A model generated the notes under the pieces. That model ran no database searches. It worked only from the letters and a program-made list of their open reading frames with translations, and was not told where the DNA came from. Position numbers and translations under genes: made by a program. Of a stretch of DNA of 64,000 nt, positions 31,601-39,243 are shown one piece after another (the stretch's first letter is position 1; each line of letters starts with the position of its first letter). Source of the DNA: a virus. The stretch lies in the IMG/VR virus record IMGVR_UViG_3300046804_006785, one strand, 5' to 3'.

Positions 31601-34600
31601 CTGGGGTGGTGGTGACTTTAAATGGGATGATGCAGTTAAGGCAAGAAATAAAGGTCAAGCTAATCCAGTAATGGATTTTCTTGGTGTAGGTGCTTTAGGT
31701 GCTGCTGGTGCTGGTGCTGCGTATGCTGCTGGTGTAGGTTTAGCTTCGGCTACTACTGCGGCTTCTATGGCTGCGTCTGCCGCTACGGTTTCCAATGCTG
31801 CTTTGCTTGCTTCAGGCGCATCCGGTCCACTTATGGCAATCCCTCTGATGGGTAAGCTTGCTATGGCAGTAGCCCCCGCAGTAGCGGCTTTTGCTCCTGT
31901 TGTATTAGCTGTTGCTGGTTTGGCTGCAGCTATAACATTAGCCACTAAGGCTCTCGACTTATTTGCTCCTAAACTGACAAAAAAACAAAAAGAATTTCTT
32001 AAGAAACCAGAAAACAAGGGAATAAACAGCTATTTTGATACAGAAGATCCAAATGCACGATTAACTAACGCGCAACAACAGGTTATCAAGTATTTTGAGG
32101 ATCAAGACAAAAATATCCAAAACTTAAAAGAGTTTGCGTCTAGTCAAGGGTTTACTGGTAAACCTAGTGACTTTGTAGCCGATATCAAACCGTTGACAAC
32201 AGATCAGCAAAAAATATTCAACACTGACAAACAAATATCAAATCTTAACAAACAAATTGAGGATAACAACAATAGAAGATTAGCTGTATTAGCCGATGCA
32301 AAAGCTAGAGGTGCTAGTCCTCAAGAAATTAAAGATATACAAAACAGTGCTAATTTTAAAAACTTAGAAAATCAGTCTAAGGAAAAGAGAAATGCTGTTG
32401 CCCTTGCTGCTGCTGTATTTCAAATAGGTGATAGTCCAGAAGTAAGAAAGACTTTAGGTGATATTGATGGACAAATAGCTAAAAAACAAGCGCAACTGGA
32501 AAAACTTCAAGAAGAATCTGAAAAAGTTAAAAATATTAATTTGCTTGCTTTAGGTGGTGAACCTGGAGCGTCTTTTGCTTCATCACCTGCTTATAGTAAC
32601 GAGATTAGTAACGTTGAAAACGAACTTAAAGTCTTAGAGGCTCAAAAAGGTAATCAAGCAAATTTAATCAAGGCTTCTATACAACGTGCGTTTGATTTTA
32701 AAGAGATTAAAAATATTGACAAACAACTGGATGCAGCAACTAAACGAAGTGTAGAACTAAACAAGGCGTTACCGAGTGATAAGGTTCGTAAGGAACAAGG
32801 TGAGGTCAAGCAATTAATTCAACAACTTTACAAAAAACGTGAGGATCTAGTTAACAGCTTTGGATCACCGTTGCCTATGTTGGAACGGCTGCTTAAACAG
32901 CAAGAAGAATATAAGCAAAAGTTAATTTCAGGTGCGGTTGAGGATGTGCAAGGGAATTTAATTCCTGCGGCTGTCCAAAAGACTCAAGCACAGATTAACC
33001 AGCTTAAAACTATGATAGCTGGAGTAAAGCCGTTTGATGTCCGACCTATGGAAGAGGCTTTATATACCCAAGCTACCAATGCTGTTAAGGATGCAAATAC
33101 TAGATTTGAGCGTGCTACATCGGCTAATAGGATTAAGTCTAATTTAAGTCAGGCTAAAATTTACGCATCATCGGGAACAGCGCAACAAATAGCACCTGAA
33201 TTATCAAATATTCAACTAGCTGATTTAAGCAGCCAACGCACGTTATTAACTGAAAAGATTAATAGTGATCAAGCTGCCTTAGATAAGATAAGTCAAGTTA
33301 TTGTGGCTGGTGGTACTAACTTAAATGAAGCACAAGCAGAATTTGATAAGTTAAGAGGCGATATTACTAAGGATAGAGAGGCTTTAGCTCAAAACGCACA
33401 AGAAATGGCTAAAGCCCAGCGTGATATGAAACAGGCTTTGATTGACCAAACTAAACAGGTAGCGGAATATTATAGAGCTTCAGTTAGGGAAGCGCAAGCG
33501 GTAAGCATAGAGTTCCAAAAAGCACAAAAAACCCTAGAAGGATCTAGGATGCAAAACAAGCTTAGAGAAGCTTTGATAGGGGCTGGCGATAACATTTACA
33601 CTCAATTTATTGAGGGACTTATTAATATCATCTCTCAAACTACTGAGATGGAAAAACGCCAGTTAGACGCTAAAAAACAGGAAATTGATTATCAAAATAA
33701 TATTGATGATATTAAGCTTCGTGCTAGTGAATTACAACGAAGTCTACCAGGAAAGATAGTTCCCTTTGATGAAAATAAAATTAAAGAGTTTGACGATCAA
33801 CTTAGAACAGTTCAGGGTAGTGTTGTTGGTATTAACTCTGATGTGCAAGAGGTTGTGAAGTCTTTAGGACAAGACGCTGTAACAGCTACTAATGGACTTA
33901 ATGATGCCTTTAAGGGACTTGGTGATACTGTGACGGGCGTGGGAACTAAGTTAGACTTAACTTTAGGTAAGTTAAATCAAGCCACTAATGAAAATACTTC
34001 CTCTGATTGGGCAGGTAATATATTAAACACTGTAGGTCGTGTGTTTGGTGGTATAACATCGGCTGTATCATCGGCTATAACACAACCTACAACACAGGAT
34101 GCCGCAGCTACGACACCAGCAACACCAGCAACACCAGCAACAACGGTTACACCTACAGTAGCAAATCAATTTACATCACCTATTAAAAATACGACTATCC
34201 AAGATTTGATTAACTATAAACCCACCTTTGGACAAAGTGTCATGGGTAATAGACCCAAAGGTCGGATTCATAATAAAGTAGATTTTGACAGTCGTGTTAA
34301 GGGTGGTGCTGGTGCAGAAGTTATTGCTAGTCTTGCAGGTGTAGCTAAATTGCAAAAATGGGGCGGACAAGATGCTGCTGTGTTTGTTAATAGTATATTA
34401 CCATCGGGTACACAGATAACTATAGAGTATGGACACTTAGCTCTTAATAGTATTAAAAATACTCTTGGTGACTTAAGCAAACCTGTACAGGTACAAGCTG
34501 GGCAAAAACTGGGTAATGTATTAGGGCATCATCTAGACTTTGGGGTTAAGGCAAATGGACGCTATATTAACCCTCAAGTGTTCCTTGCTAATTTAGCTAA

Positions 34601-37600
34601 GGGTGATTATGGTGCGATCGCTTCCCAACCTCCGGCAACTGCTAAAACTAAAGCTAATACTGTTACTCCTGCCAGTCAGTCTAAGGGCGAATCTGTAATC
34701 AGAATGCAGAGATTAGGACAAAAAGATGAATTTGGATTAGAAAAAATCCAGTTAGCTGTCATCAAACAGGGAAAATTAATTGATAGATTTATTGTTAATT
34801 CTGGTAAGGCTGATACTCAGATATTTGGTGGTGCAGGTGAAACAAAAGCAGGGTCTAAACAACCTGTAGAGTTTGGTAGTTATAGACTTGGTAAAACTAC
34901 TCCTAGCGGTAATAAGGCTAAAATGGGGAATGAGTTTATAAGACTTGAACCTGATTTTAAAACAGAACGAACCGCTATTGGTTTCCACATTGATAAGGAC
35001 AGACTTGTTGATCCTGGCTCTAGTGGTTGTATTGTATTTGCTAACGAAGCAGAATTTAATAAATTTAAGCAAGCATTAAAGAGTACGGGTATTAAGAGTT
35101 TTGTCTTTGATCAATCCGTTGGTGCGGTAGAAATAGCCAAGAATGTCGCATCACAGGTTAAGCCGTTACCAAAATCAGGAAACCGCGCTTTTGATGCAAG
35201 TAATATTGTCTCTAAAAACAAATTGCAATCCTTAGTAGTCCAAGAATTAAGTACAGGCAGACTCTTAGGAAGTATAAATAGTAATGTATCCCCGGTATCA
35301 TCTGCATCAACTGTTAAATTAATTGTTGCTGATTTAATGACTGATGCAATTAATCAAGGTACTGCAACATTGCAAGAGACTTTAACAATTAAACCCGGTG
35401 AAGTTGCTCAATGGAGTGCTATTAACAAATCAGGACAGAAACGTAGAATTTCTGAATTACTTACTCAGATGATTGTGAAGTCTGATAATACGGCTGCAAA
35501 TGTTTTAATCAATCGTCTTGGCGGGTTAGATAAGCTAAACCAACTAGCTGCTGCTAAAGGTTACACAAATACAAAATTTAATAAATATTTCTTGTTACCA
35601 GGAGAAGACACTAAAAAAGGAAATGTATCAACCGCAGGAGATGTAACTAGTGCTGCTAGAGAATTATTAGTAACAAATAGCCCGTCTGATAAATTAGCTG
35701 CTGATGCCTTGAAAAAAACAAGGAATTTTAAATATCAAGGTGAAGTAGGCGGAAAAATTGGTAATAATTCTAAGATCATTGGTAATGTTGGCGTTGTCAG
35801 TATTAACGGAAAACTATACCTTGTTACTGCTTTTGCTAATACTAATGGTAATGACTTAACTAACCGTAAATTCATTACTAACGCTACTAATGACGTTGTT
35901 AAGCAAATTCAAGGTATGCAGTCTTCAGAATTGCAAACCATCCCAACACAAGCCAAACCACGTAGAAAGAGATTACCCGTTCCCATATTACCGCCTGTAC
36001 CTGGTACTATAGGTATTAAAAACTCTTCAGGAATATCTCAAGGTGGTAATGACTTAAGCTCTGAAGAATATGCAAAACTAACCCCACTTGGTAAGCAACT
36101 TTATGAACTGCGTAAGAATAAGTATATTTTAGCTTTAGCTAATGCTGTGGCTAATGCTGAGGGTTCTGATTTTAGAAAAAATACTAGGAACTTTGGCTAT
36201 GGTCTAACGATTGGTGGTGAGAATGTTACTGATTTCTCTAAACATCCCTATGTGGGAACTGGTAGGAAACCAACTTGGATTAAAGCCATTAATGATGCCA
36301 GTACAGCAGCCGGACGCTATCAGATGATGAATTTTAACGCATCTATTCAAGCGGCTAAAAAACAGTTTGGTAAAAATGCCATGCCGGATATGTTTAAGTT
36401 GACCGACTATCAAGGTCAGGATCAACCAAGCTTTAGCCCTGGTATGCAAGATTTATATTTTACTTATTCCTTAAAATCTAGAGGTGTTTTAGATCAAGTT
36501 TTAGCAGGTAAAGTAGATACATCTGTATTAAATAAACTTGCTCAACATTATGCAAGTATCCAGTCTGGTAAGGATAAAAGCGCATATTTCGGACAAGGAG
36601 CACCACAAGGGCAGCATAGTAATTTCTTAAAGACTTATCGAGAAAATCTTAATAGGTTGAATGAACTAGTTAATACTGGCGGGACTCTTACTCCTGACAA
36701 AATGCAATCAAGTGTTACATATGCAACAAATCTTAAATTCCATACAGCCGATGGACAAAATGCAGCTAACCTGATGAATACTGAGGCTCAGGAATTAACA
36801 GACAGAGCACAGCAATTGTTAGGGTTATATCGTTTACTTAGACAAAGTACTGAATCTATGTTTCAAATTCAAAGCAGTATGAAAGATACTGATTTAGATA
36901 TTTGGAAAACTATAAGAGAGGGTTTGTCTCCCAACATGAGTAATGTTGAACGATTCTTGATTGGCTATCAAGAGCTTATTCGTTCATTAGAGAAAAAGAG
37001 AGAAGCGTTAGAAAAAACAGTTCGTGATACTCAAGGTGTAATTGACAATGAAAAATTACTAAAAGCTGCTTTTGTTGCATCTTTAGAGAAATTTCCAGAC
37101 AGTCCTGAACAGGCACTTAACGCAATTAATACAAATAACGAGGTTTTTAAAACTACTGTACGTCAGAATATACAAGCTAAAAAAGCATTAGCTGAATTGA
37201 ATCAAAATACTCCTAAAATACTTGAAGCAAGAGTAGATCAATTTAATAAAGAAGAAATATCTAGACGAACAGGAGTTACATTACAAACTGAAAAACTCCG
37301 AATTAGTTTACTCCAAAAACAAGTTGAACAGCGTAAACTATTACAGCAATTAAACCCACTTGATCCAAGGTCTGCTAGAACTGCTGATTTAGAAGCAAAC
37401 CTAGCTTTATTAAATACCGAGAACGAATATAAAGAAAAGCTTAATGCTATTACAAATGAAGAAAATAGTCGGTCTATTTCTTCTGAAGAAGCTAAGAAAA
37501 GAAGGGACTACGTTAAGGAAGAATTTGAACTCAATAAACAAAATATTGAGTTAAAACAAAAAAATGATCGTATTGCTGAAAATGCAAATATTCCTTCTAG

Positions 37601-38804
37601 ATTGTTAGAAAGAGCGCAGTTTATCCAGGATTCATTTAAGGGTGTACAAGAGTCTAGAAGTTCTCTACTTAAAGCCTATGGTCTTGATTTTAGTGCTGAG
37701 AAGATAGATAAGCAATTGGCTATTAATAATCAACAGATGGAATTTGCTAAAGCTACGCTTCAGTTAGATGATTTTATTAGAAAGAACGCTGAAGCTACGG
37801 AAGCTAATAAGTTAACCAATGAACAGATTAATACTTTACAGGAAAATCTCAAGCTGACTAACGAGGCAAAACTAGACGCTATTAAACTACAATTCTCTGA
37901 GTTAGGAACTGTGGTTAAAGGTGTCACAAGTAGCTTTAGAGGTGGTTTTAAGGAGTTTCTATTAAGTACAAAAGGATTTGGTGAGTCCGTAAGTGATCTA
38001 TTTAACTCTATTATGAAAGGTTTCCTTGATCCTCTAGCTGATATGGCATCTAAACGCATGACTGATGCTCTATTTGGCTGGACTGAGGGATTGTTTGGAA
38101 ATAAAAAGAAAGATGAAAAACCAACTGATGGTATAAATGCTGTTAAAGGTTTAGCTGATTTGAGTGTTGGTGCTAATGGACTCAACCTGGCAGGTATGAC
38201 ATTAAACCAAGCTGGGCAAATGTTGATGCAAGCTGCTTTAACATTAAGTAGTCAAACTGTGGCAAACACAGCAATGGACGCGGGTGGTGATATTTTTAGC
38301 AGTCTTCTTGGTGGCACTTTTGATATTCTCTCTGGTTCTGTGTTTAATGCCAATTCTATGGGATTTAATCCTACGCCTGGATTATTTGATGCTATTCCCA
38401 CAGATTTTGGTGTTGCAACTTTACCAATGTTTGCTGATGGCGGGATAGTTGGGGTAATGAATAAGGAGCGTTCTATTACCGGACGCAAGCCTCACTTAAT
38501 AGTTGCTTCTGAAGGTGAACGGGTTCTTAACCACAGAGAAACTGCTATTTGGAATAAGTTGCAAAGCGGTGTGGCTGGGTTTGCTAATGGTGGTGTTGTA
38601 GGTGCAGGTGGTAACGGTAGTATGGCATCTAAGATTGGCAATACGACAACTATAAATGTTCCTGTAAGTGTTGAGGTTGGCAGTGATTCTGAAGTTGATA
38701 CCTACAGACTGTCACAGGCTGTACAAGCGATGGTATCAGATGGTATTCGTCGGGAAATGAGAGTAGGCGGTTCTATTAATCGTGGTAATCCTTACAACAG
38801 ATAA
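22605..38804 (+). CDS. Giant tape measure protein with M23 peptidase, L,D-transpeptidase-like, serine beta-lactamase-like and lysozyme domains
   Basis: MNLGELIVEL start; tape-measure domain (QILAKGKLSMEELRQQLGE); three SPS(K/W) motifs; HNKVD..YGHL..HHLDF; GFH..GSSGC; STVK/SDN/KIG; AEG..STAAGRYQ; C-terminal FADGG/FANGG. Confidence 0.9.
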   Translation: MNLGELIVELCADTAQLEKSLEQAKKKAYEAAASIEKSFDKINLEINVDDDSLADLNKHLNLKVQHLKEVNKYFNNNPIVVNVDDDQLVDLNKHLHTKVQHLKEVNKYFNSNPITVNTDVTKLDELEQRLGNLSSKTITITVESDLSKQLEKSLTDAVQSAVRDAVSEQSATSQQQSQRESAPSNRPQRVDVVASPMRSIVDGLFEGVGKKLTKGLDRSIEDAVGVNMDTMTRISGNMLLRYFGVGKKAQSDPKNEQKRVETIVKDGVSAFIRSHDGKTGKGGTGRGRTARPSGDDDLGVDFDSVSRIASNSTLRYFGVGKKAQSDPKNQQAKLKAIIEDAIREYSGRDIGQDNSGVISRTFSEINTAFSDSINISVESIAQRAKLATIRQVRKSASSVTQNSSSGVQNAVSGFFDAAESGESGAITKYIGQGLASQSKKTVEAVFSKIFPNVSSSIKGLLGTGLPNQTSAPVVKSSSDTLREAATDLKNAAKALSEATINLGSATNTVKSLPSNKATDSSVINTTLNDSLPLPKQLPAKENKVPLPLPAKKRELEPIPVNIPEQIKPLFQTIQSEIVKNIDISQGYKDATAAENKLIPLPPVSSDKTANTKKYAQTSLDEIDKALTSIKKYFADEYKRIQAKVKQATTVGTHEEIKSARAEVTTFVKKSREAVATVDRFVKTGEDAGFSKDINSELSAIHSKGKAPIARNASSAEKLEGKLNLADKKLFDQQLKGYTELATVYGVEIPRGLQNGIKHGAGGVSDAARVMLDDFIKVVQTKMQIQSPSWLMFEMGLMITSGLFLGMQKGNSKVAQGARQIVSTVTDIVGAVKTFADPALGAASVIPGLTSISTYGSAGLSATDTGLKILGKVGERHAANPSETLFQSVGGSAKDFVNSIVADKTLTTPRAAFDHTINIAKAGALGLGANPMTVSAVDAAQAGMTALLRNSAITKAVTQAHGQTKAKLQADTSLDYMSTFKSVLNDNLKDLKLSKSEIVRAISSVMKVVPTGLGTGANSNFATAGYGVDAVVDTLSVPLDLYRKSKSKSKSKVGQGLPVKDAIASSVADYGAPQGIANVVGSLGAKLHSPLNNFIKIGKQTNEGLSQGILSTVALSSKAINTTGDAIQNQIKQNMGISSPSKVMIALGVMIASGLAIGIKQGAVDVSGASKFLTNEVDKIEYTIDKTLALAYLSLPQKFRNKIDSLAFNYQLHKPDVAKEVANKSSAVGESFKGIGESDQSNNPLVGLLSAIKKDFGNNTVLGNLFNSVKSAFSKGGSLKDIGINLITSFGQGFLSANGGVLGIVTKFATGILSTIKRIFGIASPSKVMLEMGLDFGEGFEDGAVAALVLANKRIADLMVKTVNESKTATESQKALVANYAANIDAYHQTISKGYREGKYNKSKDLNVAQDLADGVREGKSMAVDLGLPNVKTNISSILQQSKRAVNSLPEDYEAQNVKNNLATTGGKNSDVLARQKKLYANIRRLRLQAPSQSSSIGTDASELARLQQELTQARKDSLNSDASVRLKESKRLFDMYSLQFNNLNEAKQKAESELLLPSKGLARLFNTGKRKQKQQEIADYTQGIELVQAKLKEASENYQKERQLNEQNRENLKRASEAFYAQYNKVPLIPTTSEPFAPITGASKTVRRLVRKSKQHQIPDPQNSPVQETLTNLASTVQQTQQTRPHLSTRTQATQPYPPIRINLNALMAGNMSRLFDRYSQIPDPWSTAPGSGVINFPAPQIPQPNTTSQLGQFIVYHARSWPQSTTINQPFNPSPRPVPPVPPVPPVPPRPVPPVPPVPPRPVPPSPPSPPSPPTPPIPPVPPTPPIPPVPPTPPIPPVPPTPPIPPVPPTMMSQYLSLGKDLITNLFTAVGDSVRQSTLSGYASLGQVMRNAVNAALFSLADTLKQPLYQGLLSQSRSIMPWFMKFIPKTLQLVPMLKPLIPVLGGLTLGLGNAIIKNLLNNDVLKPGGFLTKLLSSVTRIDLSSLSGQKTHGIIGGISRMLNPIPSMFPLPPVAGVGMGGSMLGMFGMFMNTFGGILGLDQSLRSNPRNQAPTVERVLQEQTAANRKKAGLGNAKGTKASQQLIENLGNTAIDSVLENLNIPMIPTSVIQGLTGNKLKQQSGTIVEVINSLGVQRSRTEQLLERTVKSGRTNVSKRTEILTKQALKERGIDAKTRDSMTTDELARARQNIIGKPLALTDNERKLMLAMGNVQDSGIPLSPKQAQRLDILTAKVLKERGQIKDFQKIRQAGGLDTFRQDLVNNPRTGKFVGRLTEAYAGNDQEAMKGLLLEGLRKAGMSSQQLKNIDPKLLDTATAGLMASLTGLQAKFKEKGFDMGKSIAQGFKDSVRNLANAKDDLEYNAKKALGQANFGDAVGVIFKRMSRGTVATQDQFKEMYNQMGSGVKKVLFSDPKKADATFPNVLQFMGSIAATLAPVTSLFASLSPLFLPLAPIIGGIGAAVSMVSPHVAKLMDGIQRVEILQRRFTFLGGSKAGGEAEFKYAKDIANKMNVPSETAANAYSQLAIAAKDSKMEGQGVKDLFEGITASLSTLGIGGHDASLVFMAYTQILAKGKLSMEELRQQLGEKFPPAMGVFAKAMGVSVPEMNALISSGSVLSQDILPKVAKVLKQDYGNSAASQAGGLVVALNKLGNVGFEITTIFTDKLGGTLGFFVSTFADGLSLFSKSLGALIPLGQSFAIGFAATIGIGLTVIMTKFKPLVTLLGSLQNLLMATFSVVATNMMPMIIGVTADVADNWLGAEKDMIANMKDGITNMVVATFSTIDSVMRSMSDGNVSFSSMFGSLVQGAEQAGNMIDWLKGVFSGFFKVIPPGFIELLAMVFMFEQGAGLMTMALAPAFKGFFGALTGMLGGAAKAFVGVMTSMKVASELMMTSMGAAITASEARIKIFSATLGFLRTALTHIGVAFAILMFSKGDFSNPMGDSLKEATKELNNGLTEIRANVQKTADSFDKATNNVKKLGGSLADTLPSKGVQLDIRSFWGGGDFKWDDAVKARNKGQANPVMDFLGVGALGAAGAGAAYAAGVGLASATTAASMAASAATVSNAALLASGASGPLMAIPLMGKLAMAVAPAVAAFAPVVLAVAGLAAAITLATKALDLFAPKLTKKQKEFLKKPENKGINSYFDTEDPNARLTNAQQQVIKYFEDQDKNIQNLKEFASSQGFTGKPSDFVADIKPLTTDQQKIFNTDKQISNLNKQIEDNNNRRLAVLADAKARGASPQEIKDIQNSANFKNLENQSKEKRNAVALAAAVFQIGDSPEVRKTLGDIDGQIAKKQAQLEKLQEESEKVKNINLLALGGEPGASFASSPAYSNEISNVENELKVLEAQKGNQANLIKASIQRAFDFKEIKNIDKQLDAATKRSVELNKALPSDKVRKEQGEVKQLIQQLYKKREDLVNSFGSPLPMLERLLKQQEEYKQKLISGAVEDVQGNLIPAAVQKTQAQINQLKTMIAGVKPFDVRPMEEALYTQATNAVKDANTRFERATSANRIKSNLSQAKIYASSGTAQQIAPELSNIQLADLSSQRTLLTEKINSDQAALDKISQVIVAGGTNLNEAQAEFDKLRGDITKDREALAQNAQEMAKAQRDMKQALIDQTKQVAEYYRASVREAQAVSIEFQKAQKTLEGSRMQNKLREALIGAGDNIYTQFIEGLINIISQTTEMEKRQLDAKKQEIDYQNNIDDIKLRASELQRSLPGKIVPFDENKIKEFDDQLRTVQGSVVGINSDVQEVVKSLGQDAVTATNGLNDAFKGLGDTVTGVGTKLDLTLGKLNQATNENTSSDWAGNILNTVGRVFGGITSAVSSAITQPTTQDAAATTPATPATPATTVTPTVANQFTSPIKNTTIQDLINYKPTFGQSVMGNRPKGRIHNKVDFDSRVKGGAGAEVIASLAGVAKLQKWGGQDAAVFVNSILPSGTQITIEYGHLALNSIKNTLGDLSKPVQVQAGQKLGNVLGHHLDFGVKANGRYINPQVFLANLAKGDYGAIASQPPATAKTKANTVTPASQSKGESVIRMQRLGQKDEFGLEKIQLAVIKQGKLIDRFIVNSGKADTQIFGGAGETKAGSKQPVEFGSYRLGKTTPSGNKAKMGNEFIRLEPDFKTERTAIGFHIDKDRLVDPGSSGCIVFANEAEFNKFKQALKSTGIKSFVFDQSVGAVEIAKNVASQVKPLPKSGNRAFDASNIVSKNKLQSLVVQELSTGRLLGSINSNVSPVSSASTVKLIVADLMTDAINQGTATLQETLTIKPGEVAQWSAINKSGQKRRISELLTQMIVKSDNTAANVLINRLGGLDKLNQLAAAKGYTNTKFNKYFLLPGEDTKKGNVSTAGDVTSAARELLVTNSPSDKLAADALKKTRNFKYQGEVGGKIGNNSKIIGNVGVVSINGKLYLVTAFANTNGNDLTNRKFITNATNDVVKQIQGMQSSELQTIPTQAKPRRKRLPVPILPPVPGTIGIKNSSGISQGGNDLSSEEYAKLTPLGKQLYELRKNKYILALANAVANAEGSDFRKNTRNFGYGLTIGGENVTDFSKHPYVGTGRKPTWIKAINDASTAAGRYQMMNFNASIQAAKKQFGKNAMPDMFKLTDYQGQDQPSFSPGMQDLYFTYSLKSRGVLDQVLAGKVDTSVLNKLAQHYASIQSGKDKSAYFGQGAPQGQHSNFLKTYRENLNRLNELVNTGGTLTPDKMQSSVTYATNLKFHTADGQNAANLMNTEAQELTDRAQQLLGLYRLLRQSTESMFQIQSSMKDTDLDIWKTIREGLSPNMSNVERFLIGYQELIRSLEKKREALEKTVRDTQGVIDNEKLLKAAFVASLEKFPDSPEQALNAINTNNEVFKTTVRQNIQAKKALAELNQNTPKILEARVDQFNKEEISRRTGVTLQTEKLRISLLQKQVEQRKLLQQLNPLDPRSARTADLEANLALLNTENEYKEKLNAITNEENSRSISSEEAKKRRDYVKEEFELNKQNIELKQKNDRIAENANIPSRLLERAQFIQDSFKGVQESRSSLLKAYGLDFSAEKIDKQLAINNQQMEFAKATLQLDDFIRKNAEATEANKLTNEQINTLQENLKLTNEAKLDAIKLQFSELGTVVKGVTSSFRGGFKEFLLSTKGFGESVSDLFNSIMKGFLDPLADMASKRMTDALFGWTEGLFGNKKKDEKPTDGINAVKGLADLSVGANGLNLAGMTLNQAGQMLMQAALTLSSQTVANTAMDAGGDIFSSLLGGTFDILSGSVFNANSMGFNPTPGLFDAIPTDFGVATLPMFADGGIVGVMNKERSITGRKPHLIVASEGERVLNHRETAIWNKLQSGVAGFANGGVVGAGGNGSMASKIGNTTTINVPVSVEVGSDSEVDTYRLSQAVQAMVSDGIRREMRVGGSINRGNPYNR
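22741..22955 (+). repeat. 105-bp (35-aa) tandem duplication in the TMP N-terminus
   Basis: NVDDDxLxDLNKHLxxKVQHLKEVNKYFNxNPIxVN twice. Confidence 0.85.
27928..28160 (+). repeat. Proline-rich tandem repeats in the TMP
   Basis: CCTGTACCT-type 9-mers and 27-bp PPTPPIPPV units. Confidence 0.9.
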
Positions 38805-38829
38805 TATATCTAAATCAACATAAAAAATT

Positions 38830-38862
38830 GCAGTCAACTAATCATAGCTGACTGCTTTTTTT
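38830..38862. terminator. Bidirectional terminator after the TMP
   Basis: GCAGTCA..TGACTGC with A tract upstream and T tract downstream. Confidence 0.65.
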
Positions 38863-38900
38863 GAGATTAAAAAGATGGTTCTCATATTCTACTACAAATA

Positions 38901-39071
38901 TTAATCATCATCGGGTTCAGCTAATATTAAATTAGCTAATTCTGGTATAGGCGGATTATCTATGAACTCTTTAAGGATGTTTTCTACTACATCTGTATTT
39001 AAAGTTAATTCTGTCATCAGATCGCCTATGGGTGGTAATGTTTCAGGTTTGGGAGTGAATTTAGTGGTCAT
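38901..39071 (-). CDS. Small acidic protein (56 aa); missed by the ORF track
   Basis: MTTKFTPKPETLPPIGDLMTEL...LAEPDDD; overlaps the end of the upstream membrane gene. Confidence 0.55.
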   Translation of the reverse strand: MTTKFTPKPETLPPIGDLMTELTLNTDVVENILKEFIDNPPIPELANLILAEPDDD

Positions 39072-39243
39072 TTTTTTCCTTATCTGCTACTGCTAATCCG
39101 GCACTACCTGATGCTAAAGCTAAGGAAATATTGAACGCGCCACTGCTTTTTGCATCGGATAAATTAGGAGCATACACTACTGCTAAGGCTAGTATAGTAC
39201 TAAGCGCGGCAAATATTCCCGGTAATACTGTGGTGTTTTTCAT
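39061..39243 (-). CDS. Small two-TM membrane protein (holin-like)
   Basis: MKNTT start with ATGA overlap on the portal stop; two hydrophobic segments and a charged C-terminus. Confidence 0.5.
   Translation of the reverse strand: MKNTTVLPGIFAALSTILALAVVYAPNLSDAKSSGAFNISLALASGSAGLAVADKEKNDH

Noticed and set aside
35230-35900. Antibiotic-resistance beta-lactamase gene
   Set aside because: It is an internal TMP domain with KIG in place of KTG and no signal peptide
14700-38900. Recombinase inverted repeats at the inner inversion boundaries
   Set aside because: No convincing shared inverted sequence between 14700-14837 and 38805-38900 by eye
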